Source of the DNA: Octopus bimaculoides
Taxonomy: Eukaryota
DNA: 64,000 bases
Assembly (NCBI RefSeq): GCF_001194135.2
Contig: NC_068997.1
Coordinates: 47,230,957 to 47,294,956 of the forward strand
Reading direction: 5' to 3'
A program made the translations under genes and the position numbers. Positions 61,404 through 64,000 of the stretch are shown in pieces. How positions within the stretch are numbered: position 1 is the stretch's first letter; each line of letters opens with the position of its first letter. The notes beneath the pieces were generated by a model that was not told the DNA's origin, did not search any database, and was given only the letters and a program-made list of their open reading frames with translations.

Positions 61404-63495
61404 TACATACACTCACGCAGAGTTAAAGGCGTGACATTGCATCTTTTGGGCGATAACTGACGAGGAATGAGCAACGTGCCATTTTGTGTGTGAATTTTCC
61501 GTTTCTTCCTTTGTGTTTCTGCTTACATTTTAGAACTATACGAGAACCAAGGAATAAAAACGAATAAGAAACTGATATCGAAAAGGTATAAAGCCTAAAG
61601 AAACGTTCAATCTGTTGTTCTATCAGCTACTGCACTCCCAGTGTCACCGTCATCGCTGACACTACCACAGTTACTACTATCTTCACTCCTAATATCATCA
61701 TGTTTGATATTAAATACTGTATCTGAACAACATTTTCTTATAAAGGTTCGATGTCATACAATTTTGAGAATGTCGACGACGCGGTTTGTGAGTTGCCGCT
61801 AATAACGGCCATAGTACATATAACGTCGATCCTGAACGAATGAAAGTGTGATGACCCCGGTGAGATCTGAAAGTAATGGAAAGTAAAAGTTATCGATTTT
61901 GACAGAGAGAAAATCGAGGTTTTGTGATGTTCATGCTTCACTGAACAGTATAAGAAAAAGGAAATGATATGCATTGTATCGAACTTGGTTTATTGATAAT
62001 AAAAAAGCGCCACAAGTTACAAGTTTCCAGCGAGCCAGTCAACAACAAGGGAGTATCTGGTACATAGGTGTGGAACAAATATAGTAAAGTATATCGTTCG
62101 AAAAGTACCGCATCCGTTCTCAAGACACACGCATGTTGCAATATAAGAGCTGTGAAATATATTGGTTCCAAATTTTGGCACAAGGCCAGCAAGTTCGTGC
62201 AAGGGGGAGAGTCGATTATATCGATCACAGATACTTATTTTATCGACCCCGAAAGGATGAAAGACAAAGCCGATCACGGCGGAACTTGAACTTACAGAGT
62301 AAAAAGCAGACGAAATGCCGCTAAGCATTTTGCCCGGCGTGTTAACGATTCTGCCATCTTGCCGCCTTAGTTGTAAAATATATTAAAATATAATTTGCAT
62401 AATGCAAACCGTATCTGACATGAAATTCAAAGTATTGGGTGCAATAGATATGTTTATTATATCATAATATGATTCGTCTCAGGGGTAACGTGAAATGATG
62501 TACCTTGTTCAAGAACGCAATACACCACCCAGCCTAGAAATCGAATTCACGACATTAAATGGTCGTGAGTCAGCACCCTAACCACTAGGCTACATGCCTT
62601 CATATATGGACACGCGATGCTTCCCGATTATTAAAAAAAAAACAAAAACATTTGCAAGTATTGATTAATCAGAGGTTTATTGTAGAAGATACTAATTTAA
62701 AGTGCCGTGCATTGGGATCGAACGTGGTCCTCGTGGTTTCTAAGCGTATTTCTAAACCACATTGCTATGTCTGCACTCAGGCTTATTTGATAATGAAAGC
62801 TAGAATTTTTTGTTCAGCTGAGGTGTAACGTGATGATATGGCCTTCATATTGTTATATGGCATTAATGATGTAAGTATACCTGAATTGGATTCTAGGCGG
62901 GAATCGAAACCAGTTCCCCATCACCACTAAGAAGCTGAGCCCGGTATATTGAGAAGAAAGAAATGAAAACAAAACGTTAAAAAAGAATTCTTTAACCAAA
63001 TGTATAGGAAAACGTGTATATAAAAACTCACACACGTACGAACACACAGATATACAGAAACACACAGCTACACGTACATATACACATCCAGAAATACAGC
63101 ATATACAAACACACATACATATGGAAGCACACATATACACTTACATGTATTCAGATACTTTTATACATACACAAATACACACATACACAAACACACACAC
63201 ACATATATAGTAAAACTGCATGGGAAAAAAAATAAGCAAACAAATTTTCCAAATAATTCCTCGTTTTGAGCTAGAATGTGCAGAGAATTTCCTATACAAC
63301 ATGGAAGCGACACCAGTGACATGGCGAAATAGGTCAGGTATTGTTTACTGGCAGACATGTTTGGTGTGGTTATTTATTTATTGATGATGGGGATGATGAT
63401 GATGATGATAGGTATGATGGGAAGGAGCGATGGCAGTTTTTCTTTTCGTAAAGGTAAAATATAAAAATAAAAACAAAATTTAATTCCAGTATATA

Positions 63496-63535
<40 letters not shown>

Positions 63536-64000
63536 CATTCACGTGCACACCTTGTGAGTGAATGAATGTGTGTGTACAGAAATTCTACCATGAGAATTAT
63601 TGATTTTACTACATTGATTAGCAACAAGGCTTTTTACATATAAAGATTTACAAGGGAAAAATCGGAAAGTTGTGGCGTTCATGGCTTTCTTAACAATATT
63701 AATGTTGTAAGCAAAAGCGAATCGGGGGAATCGATGCCGAGCGGAGGATCTTAAAACCAACAAACAAAAGCAAATATTTCTTTGTTAATTAGGCGCAATA
63801 TTAATTTGTTGGGAGTAAAGGAGGCAATTGGAAGGTATAGATGATTGATTGGCTGGACCTCGTGATGTGAATAAATAGTAAGATGTGGAACAGGTATGGC
63901 TGAGTGGTTAAGAAGTTCGCTTTCCAACCGCATGACCCCACGTTCGATCCCAACTGCGCGGTAAATTGAACAAATGTCTTCTACTGGAGAATCGTGTTGA

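Noticed and set aside
1-64000. CRISPR arrays, rRNA genes, operons or prokaryotic defence systems
   Set aside because: None seen. The sequence is eukaryotic (spliceosomal introns, SINEs), and no regularly spaced repeat-spacer structure was found.

Overview
AT-rich animal genomic DNA from a gappy short-read assembly, with about 15 N-runs that are mostly flanked by microsatellites. The SINE/MITE families look like those I recall from Octopus, so a cephalopod origin is inferred but not verified. Two intact genes are supported. The first is an 8-exon B1/B2-type cyclin B gene on the minus strand (CDS 34910->23912, 384 aa, all GT-AG introns, all phase 0), with a D-box, an MRAIL cyclin box and a promoter resembling vertebrate G2/M promoters (two CCAAT boxes exactly 32 bp apart, a CHR-type TTCGAA and a MYB site). 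The second is an intron-containing tRNA-Ile(UAU) gene (41637->41523) with a Pol III terminator. The rest is transposon debris: a decayed DD36E Tc1 transposase, mariner/hAT/piggyBac-type MITEs, several tRNA-derived SINE families, fragments of RLE-type, RTE, CR1-like and Tx1-like LINEs, Penelope-like pieces including minimal hammerhead ribozyme motifs, and a TIR element carrying telomere-like repeats. Most ORFs in the supplied track are artefacts of N-gaps or microsatellites. I found no clearly new multi-gene system; the most notable items are regulatory, RNA-structural and epigenomic signatures. All alignments and counts were done by eye.
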